Shown one piece after another: positions 55,710 through 64,000 of a DNA stretch of 64,000 nt. Where the stretch lies: NCBI GenBank assembly GCA_017643395.1, contig JAEPNP010000004.1, positions 169,745-233,744 of the forward strand, written 5' to 3'. The notes beneath the pieces were generated by a model. That model was not told the origin of the DNA. It did no database searches and worked only from the letters and a program-made list of their open reading frames with translations. The stretch comes from Rhodothermales bacterium. GTDB lineage: Bacteria; Bacteroidota; Rhodothermia; Rhodothermales; UBA10348. Each line of letters starts with the position of its first letter. Position 1 is the stretch's first letter. The translations under genes were made by a program, and so were the position numbers.

Positions 55710-56782
55710 GACAACACCTCGGTGCGAAGCACGTCTACCAGCCTGGCGACGCCGTCTCGCAATGGCTGTACGACAGGAACGTCCAGTCGGGACTGCAGGT
55801 CGTTGTGATACGCATCAAGCTGGGAGGAGTCCATGCCTTCGCCGTTGAGCGTGACGGCAACTACGCGGGAGCCGTAGGCAGCAATAAGCGCCATTTCCTG
55901 CTCGACGGTAGGCAACCGGGTGCCCAGCGCCTCCTGGTCGACAAATGTCGAGCGGCCGGGCGCATGCTGCAATACGATGTGGCGGGCATTGCCGGACAGC
56001 ATGATTTCTGAGCCGCATGGACCGCTCGGATTGCGAAGCGCGCCCTGCCCTTCGACCAGGATGAGCTCTGGAGAGGTGGCCTGGTCGCATGCTACGATCG
56101 CACCCTCGAGTTCGCCGCCCACGAAGTCATTGAGCGTGGCATCGAAAATGAAGCCGAAGGGGTATCCCTGCATCCACCCGGTTTGTCCGGTATAGATCAT
56201 CTCCGCGCGTATACCGGCCTGATTGCAGGCTTCCCAAAGGAACCGGCATGTGGTGCGTTTGCCAACCGCGCAGTCGGTACCGAGCACGCCGACTACCTGC
56301 GCGCCGATGCCGTAGATGGACCCGGTCCAGAAGCGCAGATGGGCAACGGGTTTCGGACGGCGGATATCGACCAGGCGCCCACCGCCTGCGCGAGCGGCCG
56401 CAGCAAGCTCGGGATCATCGCCCAACAGCTGGTGCAGGCCGCAGACCACGGTCATGCCCCGGGCCAGCGCATCCAGGATGTCGGGCCTACAGGAGGCCGG
56501 AAGGCGGCCACCGGAAAACGCCACGCCGACTACGAAATAGGACGGATTCGGATTGCCTTCGCCCAGCCATTCTTCCAGAGTAGCATATACCGGTACACCG
56601 CGGGGACGTCCGTCCATGACCTCCCCCGCGTCCCGACCGGCAAACTTCCGGTCCAGCACCACCAGCGGACGAAACCGTGCACTTCCTCTCAGTAGACCGT
56701 GGCACGTTTTGGCAAAATCCCGGTCCAGCAAGCCGTTGGTGAATACGGCAGCCGCGGCGGGGATTGGGGGAAGATCCATCAT
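55706..56782 (-). CDS. DUF1611-family protein (DgcN-like, putative D-glutamate N-acetyltransferase)
   Basis: Central P-loop-like GTDCAVGKRTT and overall DUF1611 layout. Start taken at ATG 56782 (ATGA overlap with the epimerase stop). Confidence 0.65.
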   Translation of the reverse strand: MMDLPPIPAAAAVFTNGLLDRDFAKTCHGLLRGSARFRPLVVLDRKFAGRDAGEVMDGRPRGVPVYATLEEWLGEGNPNPSYFVVGVAFSGGRLPASCRPDILDALARGMTVVCGLHQLLGDDPELAAAARAGGGRLVDIRRPKPVAHLRFWTGSIYGIGAQVVGVLGTDCAVGKRTTCRFLWEACNQAGIRAEMIYTGQTGWMQGYPFGFIFDATLNDFVGGELEGAIVACDQATSPELILVEGQGALRNPSGPCGSEIMLSGNARHIVLQHAPGRSTFVDQEALGTRLPTVEQEMALIAAYGSRVVAVTLNGEGMDSSQLDAYHNDLQSRLDVPVVQPLRDGVARLVDVLRTEVLS

Positions 56783-57915
56783 GAGGCGAGCGTCTCGGTC
56801 GGGCACGAGGCGACAAAATCCGGGTCCAGCGTGGCCCCGATGCCTGGTGAATCCGGCAGCTGAACCAGTCCGTCCTCAATGCGCATGCCGCCGACCACCG
56901 GGTCGGTAATGTGATCCACGTGGCTGTCCAGGTCGGCGAACCGAACGATGCGGTGCGCGGAAATGAAGTGTGCTGCCGCGGTCAGACCCAGGCGGGTCTC
57001 GGACATGCAGCCCAGCATGCACGGAAGTCCTGCCGCGTGTGCCACGGCGGCGATACGCCCCGCAGTAACGAGTCCTCCGGACTTGGAAAGCTTAATGTTC
57101 AAGAGGTCGGCAGCATCCGCCTTCACCAGTGCCAGCGCATCCCGATGGTCGAACACCGACTCGTCCGCCATGATGGGCACGAGATTGTGTTTCTTCAATG
57201 TGGCTAGGCCGGGCACATCATGGCGCGGCACGGGCTGCTCGAAGTACTCGACGTCACACTCTAGCGTAGCCGTCAACACCTCCAGCGCTTGCGGTGCGCT
57301 CCAGGCCTGGTTGGCGTCCACCCGCAGGGGCACGTCCGGTCCGATGGCCTCTCGCACGGCTCGGATGCGCGCGACATCCTCATCGACGGCAGTGCCGACC
57401 TTGATCTTGATGGCCCGGAATCCCTGCTCGAGGAAACGCCGTGCGGTATCCGCCATGACCCCGGGACTGTCCAGGCTTACGGTGTTGTCGGTGGGAAACG
57501 ACTCCCGCCGGCCACCGAACCAGGCATACAGCGGCATGCCTGCCTGTTGAGCGGCCAGGTCGTGCATCGCCATATCGAAGGCGCTGCGCAGGGTGGTCTG
57601 TCCGGGCACGGCCTCCGTCATGGCCGCATCGGCCCCGCGCACGTCATGCGCAGGCCGACCCAGGATCACAGGCGCCAATGTGCGGGCTGCCGCAGTCATG
57701 GACTCCACCGTGTCTCCCGTGATGGCGGGCGATGGGCTGGCTTCGCCCAGGCCGACCATGCCCGTGTCGCTGGTCAGGCGAACGAACAGATTGACCGTTC
57801 CTGCGGACTCGGTCAGCGAGATCCGAAATGGGGCGTGGAACGGGAGTTCCGCGCGAATCAGGTCAACGTTGGAGACGACCATGGCGGGTGCTGGTAGGCG
57901 CCGCGAATCTAGCAC
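56779..57915 (-). CDS. enolase-superfamily dipeptide epimerase / DgcA-like N-acyl amino acid racemase
   Basis: MLE-subgroup motifs: FRAIKIKVG (KxK), LRVDANQAW, FEQP, MADES, KLSKSGG, GCMSE. Confidence 0.8.
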   Translation of the reverse strand: MLDSRRLPAPAMVVSNVDLIRAELPFHAPFRISLTESAGTVNLFVRLTSDTGMVGLGEASPSPAITGDTVESMTAAARTLAPVILGRPAHDVRGADAAMTEAVPGQTTLRSAFDMAMHDLAAQQAGMPLYAWFGGRRESFPTDNTVSLDSPGVMADTARRFLEQGFRAIKIKVGTAVDEDVARIRAVREAIGPDVPLRVDANQAWSAPQALEVLTATLECDVEYFEQPVPRHDVPGLATLKKHNLVPIMADESVFDHRDALALVKADAADLLNIKLSKSGGLVTAGRIAAVAHAAGLPCMLGCMSETRLGLTAAAHFISAHRIVRFADLDSHVDHITDPVVGGMRIEDGLVQLPDSPGIGATLDPDFVASCPTETLAS

Positions 57916-57959
57916 AGCGCATGCTTGCGCGCCGAAGTCCGCACCGGCGACCTTACGAT

Positions 57960-59180
57960 ATGTCCAGCCGTGTCTCCCGCCTTCTCACCGTGCTTGCCCC
58001 GGGGCTGCTGGTCGCTGCGACCGGCGTCGGGGCGGGCGACCTGGCGACCGCCTCGTTCTCTGGCAGTCAGCTCGGGACCGCTGTGCTGTGGGCCGTTGTG
58101 GTCGGGGGCGTGTTCAAGTTCGTACTCAACGAGGGACTGGCACGCTGGCAACTGGCCACAGGTACCACCTTTCTCGCCGGGGCTGTCACGCACCTGGGTC
58201 CGGCCGTCGCCTGGGTCTTCATCCCGTACCTGATCCTCTGGAGCTACTTCGTGGGTGCCGCGCTGATGGGAGCGTGCGGCGTTGCCCTGCACGCCCTCAT
58301 GCCTGTCATGGAGGCACCCACCGCCAAGGTCGTCTTCGGGCTGGCGGCCAGCGCTGCAGGTCTGCTTCTTGCGCGTCGGGGCAGCTTCCAATTGTTTGAA
58401 CGCACCATGGGCACGCTGATCGCCGTGATGTTCGTCACCGTGCTCCTGACTGCCGCGGCCCTGTGGCCAGGGTGGCCGGCCGTGCTTTCAGGTCTGTTTG
58501 TCCCCCGGATTCCGGAGGCGCAGGGCGAGGGTCTGGCGTGGACGGTCGGGCTGATTGGCGGGGTGGGCGGCACCGTGACCATCCTCTGCTACGGATACTG
58601 GATCGCTGAGAAGGGTCGCCGAGGGCTGTCATTCCTGCGCACGTGTCGACTGGATCTCGCCGTGGGCTATGGCGCGACAATCCTGTTCGGCATCGCGATG
58701 GTGATTATCGGCAGCACAATCACCACGGAAGGAGGTGGTGCCGATCTCCTGGTGCGACTTGCCGATTCGCTGGAGTTGCGCCTGGGGCCCATCGCCCGTG
58801 TGGTCTTCCTTATTGGCGCGCTGGCCGCCGTGTTCTCGAGCCTGCTGGGGGTCTGGCAGGCCGTGCCGTATCTCGCCGCTGATCTCTGGACGCGCATGCG
58901 CCGCATTCAGTACAGCGACCTGCGCACCACGCGTGCCTATCGGTGGTATCTCTGGGGCCTCGCTACCGTGCCCGCGTTCGGTCTCCTGACGCCCTTTCGC
59001 CAGGCCCAACTGCTGTATGCGGTCGTCGGCGCAGCGTTTCTGCCCCTGCTGGCGGTGGCGCTCCTGCTCCTGAATGGACGCGGCGCGTTGGTCGGCGAAT
59101 CCCGAAACGGGCCCCTGGCCGTGTCGGGACTGGCGGTGACGTTGCTGTTTTTTCTGTGGGTAGCGGCCCGCAGCCTGTAA
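57960..59180 (+). CDS. NRAMP-family-like divalent metal transporter
   Basis: About 11 TM helices. N-terminal LAPGLLVAATGVGAGDLATAS resembles the NRAMP TM1 region. Start taken at ATG 57960; the track start at 57828 overlaps the divergent gene. Confidence 0.6.
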   Translation: MSSRVSRLLTVLAPGLLVAATGVGAGDLATASFSGSQLGTAVLWAVVVGGVFKFVLNEGLARWQLATGTTFLAGAVTHLGPAVAWVFIPYLILWSYFVGAALMGACGVALHALMPVMEAPTAKVVFGLAASAAGLLLARRGSFQLFERTMGTLIAVMFVTVLLTAAALWPGWPAVLSGLFVPRIPEAQGEGLAWTVGLIGGVGGTVTILCYGYWIAEKGRRGLSFLRTCRLDLAVGYGATILFGIAMVIIGSTITTEGGGADLLVRLADSLELRLGPIARVVFLIGALAAVFSSLLGVWQAVPYLAADLWTRMRRIQYSDLRTTRAYRWYLWGLATVPAFGLLTPFRQAQLLYAVVGAAFLPLLAVALLLLNGRGALVGESRNGPLAVSGLAVTLLFFLWVAARSL

Positions 59181-59257
59181 ACTTTCCCGGATTTGAGGTG
59201 TCACTTTTTTAGCGGGGGGTCGTAGCCCGAGTCTCCCCGCAACCAACCGCTACCGCC

Positions 59258-60100
59258 ATGCGCATCCTGGTCCCCGTACTCATGCTTGCCGTCGCCCTCA
59301 GCGGCTGCGCCCAGGACAGCCACTCCCAGGAACGCGATCTCGAACGCGCAGAAAAGGAACTCGCCGAGGCCCGCAAGGAAGCGGAAGAGGCCCTCCGCGA
59401 TGTGCGGCAACGCACCGAAGACGACCTGCGCGATGCCCGTCGCCAGGCGGAAGAAAAGCTCGCCGAGGCCCGTGAGCAGCTGGATCGTGCCCGCGAACGA
59501 ATGCGCGACGCCTCCGAAGACCTCGAGCGGGAGTGGTCGGACTCCTATGAGCGCGAAGCGGAACGCTCCCTCGAAGAACTCGGCGTCGCCGAAACCATCG
59601 GACGCGTCATGGAGGATGTCGGCCGCGCTCTTCAGGATGAGGAGACTGCCGTCGTTGCCGACGCAGAGGCGCTGCGCGACCTGCTTCCGAACGAGGTGCT
59701 CGGCCTCGAGCGCTACAATTCGAACATGGACCAATCGGGCAAATGGGGGCTGCATGTCTCCCAGGCCGAAGCCAAGTACGCCGACGGCCACAAACGCATT
59801 GAGCTCAAGATCATCGATCTGGGCACCCTGAAAGGCTTTCTCTCTAAGAGTGAGAGCCTGCTGGACTCCATCTCTCCCCGCTATCGCGACAACCATCACT
59901 CCCGCACCACGCGCATTGCAGGCTATCCTGCACGCATTTCGCACCGCGAAAATCACGGCACGGACGAATTTGATGGCATTCTGGTCGTGCGGGAGCGTTT
60001 TGTCATAGCCATGGACGCACGCGGACAATTCGATGAGGACGTCTTCTCCGAGGTCATCGACGATCTGCCGCTGCGCCGACTCGAACGCATGGCGCAATGA
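59258..60100 (+). CDS. hypothetical lipoprotein with acidic coiled-coil region
   Basis: Lipobox LSGC, followed by an E/R/A-rich helical repeat (EKELAEARKEAEEALRDVRQRTEDDLRDARRQAEEKLAEAREQLDRARE) and a globular C-terminal part. Confidence 0.55.
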   Translation: MRILVPVLMLAVALSGCAQDSHSQERDLERAEKELAEARKEAEEALRDVRQRTEDDLRDARRQAEEKLAEAREQLDRARERMRDASEDLEREWSDSYEREAERSLEELGVAETIGRVMEDVGRALQDEETAVVADAEALRDLLPNEVLGLERYNSNMDQSGKWGLHVSQAEAKYADGHKRIELKIIDLGTLKGFLSKSESLLDSISPRYRDNHHSRTTRIAGYPARISHRENHGTDEFDGILVVRERFVIAMDARGQFDEDVFSEVIDDLPLRRLERMAQ

Positions 60101-60198
60101 CCCATTTTCTCGCCCTTGCGCAATAATGAGACGCCCCTCTCGTCCCTGACCCATCGGAAGTCGCCCGAAGCGCGAATCTCACAAGACCCGAATCAGCC

Positions 60199-60747
60199 AT
60201 GGAATTCCCGACGAACCGCCGCGATCAGATTGTAATGGGACTGAGCATCTGCGCGCTCATTCTTTTCATGGCCAACATTGCCTCGTTCGTCAAGCAGCGC
60301 TTCTTCGAGGATCGGCACACCGTGCACCACGCCTTCCAGGTTCAGGGCCTGGGCCAGAGCGGAGGCTGGGACGTGCACGTGCATGAGGGCGATGGGAACT
60401 ACTGGAGCGAGGACAATTGCGACGACGATCGCAAGCGCTACCACGAGCATTTTCTGGTCGAGAAGCTCCAGAACCACGCCCGCCATCAGCGGGGCCGCTT
60501 CGCATGGCGATTCGAGGACGGCGACGTCACCCGCATCGAGGTCGATGAGGCCGAACTGGTGGATATCGACCGGTTGCTGGAGGAGGCCCGCCGCGCAGCG
60601 CGCAATATCGAACGCGATCTGGACTTCGAGGCCCCGCGCCTGCACGTGGAGTCCCTGTTCGACGGGGATGTCGAGGTGCTCGAATCGCAGGACGAGACCG
60701 GTCGCCACCGCTACCGCATCGTAGTCCGCCCGGACGACAACCAGTAG
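60199..60747 (+). CDS. hypothetical membrane-anchored protein, His/Asp-rich
   Basis: One N-terminal TM helix (IVMGLSICALILFMANIASF) followed by a charged His-rich soluble part. Confidence 0.5.
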   Translation: MEFPTNRRDQIVMGLSICALILFMANIASFVKQRFFEDRHTVHHAFQVQGLGQSGGWDVHVHEGDGNYWSEDNCDDDRKRYHEHFLVEKLQNHARHQRGRFAWRFEDGDVTRIEVDEAELVDIDRLLEEARRAARNIERDLDFEAPRLHVESLFDGDVEVLESQDETGRHRYRIVVRPDDNQ

Positions 60748-60800
60748 CGCGCGCCCGGAGCGCCGCCACCTATCTTGGCTTCGACCCAACCCGCGGAGCC

Positions 60801-61964
60801 ATGCTCGAATGCCAGCGGCAGGCATTTTTCCTGCCCGATGAGCACCACTACCTGAATTGTGCCTACATGGCGCCCATGGCGCGCCGTGTGGAGCAGGCCG
60901 GAATCGAGGGCATCCGCATGAAGCGGGTGCCTTCGGGCGTTTCACCGGAGGACTTTTTTCGCACGGGCGAGGCCATCCGCCGAGAATTCGCGCGGCTCAT
61001 TGGCTCCGGGCAACCCGACCGCGTTTCCCTGATTCCGGCGGCATCCTACGGGCTGGCCACAGCCGCTCGAAATCTGCGCGTCGCCCGGGGCGGCGAGATT
61101 CTCACGCTGCGAGAGCAGTTTCCCAGCAATATCTACACGTGGTCACGACTGGCGCGCGAGAATGGCGCCACGCTCATTCACGTGGAGCCCGGACCAGGCC
61201 CCGGACGCGGCCGCCGTTGGAACGAGCGGCTTCTGGACGCCATCGGCCGCGACACGTCGGTGGTGGCGTTGCCCCACGTGCACTGGGCCGACGGCACTGT
61301 GTTTGATCTGGAGACCATTTCCAGACGCTGCCGGGAGGTCTCTGCCGCGCTCATCATAGACGGAACGCAATCGGTCGGCGCGTATCCCATCGACGTCCAG
61401 CGCATCCGCCCCGATGCCCTCGTGTGCGCCGGGTACAAGTGGCTGCTCGGGCCCTACAGTCTGGGTGTTGCGTGGTTCGGCCCGCGATTCGACGGCGGCG
61501 TACCGCTTGAGGAGAACTGGATTTCCCGAAAGAACTCCGAAGACTTCGCCGGTCTCGTGCGCTACCGCGACGAATACGGCCCGTTGGCCACACGCTACGA
61601 CGTGGGTGAGCGCAGCAACTTCATCCTCGCCCCCATGCTGCTCGAGGCACTGCGCCTGCTTGGCGAATGGCGCATTGACCGGATCCAGGCGTACTGCGAT
61701 GCGCTCTCAGACCCCATCGTTCGGGCCGCCCGCGACCTCGGTTGTGAGGTAGAAGACGATGCCTGCCGCGCGGGCCACCTGTTTGGCCTGCGACTTCCGG
61801 CCGGATCGGATGCGGCAGCCCTCAAGGAAACCCTCGCGAGAAGGAACGTGTCCGTTTCTCTCAGGGGCGATGCGGTCCGGGTGTCGCCAAACGTGTACAA
61901 CACGCAGGAGGACGTCGCGGCACTCATCGAGGGACTCCGGGTTCATCATGGCGTGGCGGCCTGA
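60801..61964 (+). CDS. class V aminotransferase-fold PLP enzyme (cysteine desulfurase/epimerase-like)
   Basis: The LIIDGTQSVG...CAGYKWLLGP PLP-lysine region and overall length fit the family. Confidence 0.75.
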   Translation: MLECQRQAFFLPDEHHYLNCAYMAPMARRVEQAGIEGIRMKRVPSGVSPEDFFRTGEAIRREFARLIGSGQPDRVSLIPAASYGLATAARNLRVARGGEILTLREQFPSNIYTWSRLARENGATLIHVEPGPGPGRGRRWNERLLDAIGRDTSVVALPHVHWADGTVFDLETISRRCREVSAALIIDGTQSVGAYPIDVQRIRPDALVCAGYKWLLGPYSLGVAWFGPRFDGGVPLEENWISRKNSEDFAGLVRYRDEYGPLATRYDVGERSNFILAPMLLEALRLLGEWRIDRIQAYCDALSDPIVRAARDLGCEVEDDACRAGHLFGLRLPAGSDAAALKETLARRNVSVSLRGDAVRVSPNVYNTQEDVAALIEGLRVHHGVAA

Positions 61965-62021
61965 CGAGCCTTCGGCTCATATGGGGCACGCACCTTGCAT
62001 CACGTCCCCTAGCCACTTGAA

Positions 62022-62672
62022 TTGACCGATTCAGACGTGAAAAGACCGATTACGACTGCTTTCCTGCTGCTGATTGTCCTCCTGACCGGACAGCCGTCCA
62101 GCGCGCAGTCCACAGACATTGTGCCGCGCATACTCGAACGGTACGCGGAGTTGGAAACGCTGCAGGCCAGGTTTCGCCAGACCATGACCTCGACCCTGTT
62201 CGAGGATGAGACCGAAACGATCACCGGCTCCATATTCCTTCGCGGGGATGCCTACAGGGTGTTGACCGGCAGCCGCACCGTCGTCACCGACGGCGTCACA
62301 TCCTGGATCTATGATGCCCTCGAGAATCAGGTGCTGATTGACAACCGCCTGGAGGACGAGTTCAGTTTTTCCGTTCACCAGTTTCTGTACGACTTCGATG
62401 AACGTTTCGAGGTGGCGGGCACTGTGCGCGATGCTGACATTTGGCGGGTAGCACTGACGCCGCTCGACCCGGATGACTACTTCCGCTCCGTGGAGCTCAT
62501 CGTGCGGGACCGCGACGCCATCATCACGGAAATGCGCATCGACGATGCCAACGAGGTCAATCTGCACATCCGCCTTTCGGAGATCACGGAGAACCCGGAC
62601 CTGCCGGCGTCCACCTTCCGGTTCGACATCCCGGAAGGCGCCGATGTCGTGGATCTGCGCGCGGATCAGTAA
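62022..62672 (+). CDS. lolA: outer-membrane lipoprotein carrier LolA-family protein
   Basis: Signal peptide followed by the LolA-type pattern (ILERYAELETLQARFRQT...GSIFLRGDAYRV...FRFDIPEGADVVDLR). The start is TTG 62022 or GTG 62037. Confidence 0.7.
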   Translation: MTDSDVKRPITTAFLLLIVLLTGQPSSAQSTDIVPRILERYAELETLQARFRQTMTSTLFEDETETITGSIFLRGDAYRVLTGSRTVVTDGVTSWIYDALENQVLIDNRLEDEFSFSVHQFLYDFDERFEVAGTVRDADIWRVALTPLDPDDYFRSVELIVRDRDAIITEMRIDDANEVNLHIRLSEITENPDLPASTFRFDIPEGADVVDLRADQ

Positions 62673-62690
62673 CCAGCCCACCGGATCGGC

Positions 62691-63710
62691 TTGAACAAGC
62701 GGCTGCGCGAGATTCTGACCCGCCTGGGCAGCTTTGCGCTTGCGGGGCTACTGCTTTGGCTGGCCCTGCGAAACGTGGAGTTCTCTCGGGTCATGGAGGA
62801 CCTGCGGAGTGCCAACTACTGGTGGCTCCTTCCGCTGACGGCCGTCACCCTGGGCGCCCACTGGCTCCGGGCGTGGCGGTGGACGTTCCTGCTTCACGCC
62901 TTGCCTGCCGAGGACTCCAGAAAGCCTGTCGATGTGCTGGGAGCGTTTGGTGCACTCATGATGGGCTACATGGCGAACTACGTGGCCCCCCGCGTTGGAG
63001 AGTTGGTCCGCAGCGCGAGCGTGTCCCGGCGATACCGCACGGACTTCGTGCCCGTGTTTGGCACAGTGATCACCGAGCGCGCCCTGGATGTGGTTACCCT
63101 GGCCCTGGCTTTTGCGACGCTGCCCCTGGTGTTTGCAGGTCGGCTGGGCGAGATCGAGGAACTGCTTTGGCGACCTCTGGCCGACCGGATTCCGGAGGTC
63201 TCACCGCTGCTGGTGGGGCTCGGATCGCTGGTACTGGTCGTCGGTGGCGTGCTGGCCATCAGCTGGCTGCGCCGCGCCCGGGACGGCCGTTTGGCAGGAA
63301 TGCTTTCTGCCCTCCGGGACGGACTGATGACGGTGGCCCGCACCCCGCGTCGCGCCGAACTGCTGACAAGTACCGTACTGATGTGGCTGGGCTACGGGCT
63401 CATGGCCTTCATCCCCTTTGTCATGTTCGGTTTCCACGAGACCTTTGGGGTGGACCTCGTTGACGCCTGGGGTTTGATGCTGCTGGGAGCAATTGGCGTG
63501 CTGGTGCCGGCGCCCGGAGGCATCGGCTCCTACCACTACATTACCATCCAGTCCCTGGTGGTCCTGTATGCGTTTCCGTCAGACGCCGCCGCCTCGTACG
63601 CCATCCTCACTCACACGGGCCAACTGTTGATCTACGTCGTGACCGGTGCCGTCTTCGTATTCGGCATGGGCTTCCACGTCGCGGGCCCGGGAGATACTCA
63701 CGGGCGATGA
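62691..63710 (+). CDS. UPF0104/flippase-like (LPG synthase TM domain) membrane protein
   Basis: 339 aa with about 8 TM helices and a WRWTFLL motif near TM2. TTG start. Confidence 0.7.
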   Translation: MNKRLREILTRLGSFALAGLLLWLALRNVEFSRVMEDLRSANYWWLLPLTAVTLGAHWLRAWRWTFLLHALPAEDSRKPVDVLGAFGALMMGYMANYVAPRVGELVRSASVSRRYRTDFVPVFGTVITERALDVVTLALAFATLPLVFAGRLGEIEELLWRPLADRIPEVSPLLVGLGSLVLVVGGVLAISWLRRARDGRLAGMLSALRDGLMTVARTPRRAELLTSTVLMWLGYGLMAFIPFVMFGFHETFGVDLVDAWGLMLLGAIGVLVPAPGGIGSYHYITIQSLVVLYAFPSDAAASYAILTHTGQLLIYVVTGAVFVFGMGFHVAGPGDTHGR

Positions 63711-64000
63711 GGAACGGGCTCCTGCTTGCCCTTCTGGGCGCGGCTACCGCGGCATCTGCGCAGACAGAGCCGCCGGTCCGGGGCTATCCCGACCGTGTGG
63801 TGGACATCCAGTCGGTTACGCTTTCCGTCGACGCTCGCGGAGCGGAGCTGCAGGCGCACCTCCGTGCGGCCTTCTCCGCGACAGAGCGCGGCGTGCTTCA
63901 GTTTGCCTGGCCCACACACGGCCTCACGATTGACTCTGTATTCGTCACTCCAGCGGGGGGGGATACGGCGCTCTCGGTCGTGCGCGGCGACTCGCTCATC
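63707..64000 (+). CDS. secreted protein, 5' partial (possibly M1-family aminopeptidase N-terminal domain)
   Basis: ATG 63707 overlaps the previous stop (ATGA). Signal peptide MRNGLLLALLGAATAASAQ. The reading frame stays open to the window end. The family call is tentative. Confidence 0.4.
   Translation, partial: MRNGLLLALLGAATAASAQTEPPVRGYPDRVVDIQSVTLSVDARGAELQAHLRAAFSATERGVLQFAWPTHGLTIDSVFVTPAGGDTALSVVRGDSLI

Noticed and set aside
1-64000. Search for mobile elements, prophage, defence islands, toxin-antitoxin pairs, tRNA or rRNA genes
   Set aside because: By eye I recognised no integrase, transposase, recombinase, restriction-modification, Cas, nuclease-NTPase defence signature or tRNA-like cloverleaf region. 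Intergenic space is minimal apart from the repeat block. This is a manual reading, not a computed scan.

Overview
This is a densely coding, high-GC bacterial chromosomal segment with about 55 genes. I found no rRNA, tRNA, CRISPR array, integrase, transposase or recognisable phage or defence genes. The gene order nuoL-nuoM-nhaD-pcd-nuoN matches the unusual complex I cluster described for Rhodothermus marinus, so the source is probably a Rhodothermales-like member of Bacteroidota/Rhodothermota. Content from start to end: (1) the distal complex I genes; (2) a Tat-signal SDR, a DUF1460-PepSY pair and Mn-SOD; (3) an orphan PPTase; (4) a DinB / beta-barrel / HEAT / processive GT2 operon, putatively for exopolysaccharide; (5) a secreted alpha/beta-hydrolase fused to a class D (OXA-type) beta-lactamase; (6) a BVMO-type flavin monooxygenase, an ATP-grasp enzyme and an M20 amidohydrolase; (7) a roughly 1 kb nested GC-rich repeat block directly upstream of the fused isobutyryl-CoA mutase icmF; (8) a TPR-histidine kinase/NarL pair; (9) an FeS-type photolyase/cryptochrome; (10) a 16 kb cluster with HlyD, two ABC ATPases, four duplicated-FtsX permeases, a 94-aa ORF and an adjacent NtrC/NtrB-like pair; (11) an FMN oxidase/FAD oxidase pair; (12) a LytS/LytTR pair; (13) a DgcA/DgcN-like (dipeptide epimerase + DUF1611) operon with a YkvI-like permease; (14) an NRAMP-like transporter, a class V aminotransferase, LolA and a UPF0104 membrane protein. 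The best leads read directly from the sequence are: two near-identical sigma-54 promoters, each with a TGTCCG-N4-CGGACA palindrome at the same upstream distance, which tie the ABC/FtsX cluster to the neighbouring NtrC-like activator; two genes whose conserved N-termini lack any canonical start codon and begin on top of the upstream stop codon, one at a GGGG run; the nested repeat array before icmF; and the hydrolase-OXA fusion. No function here was verified by search. All calls rest on motif recognition and gene context.
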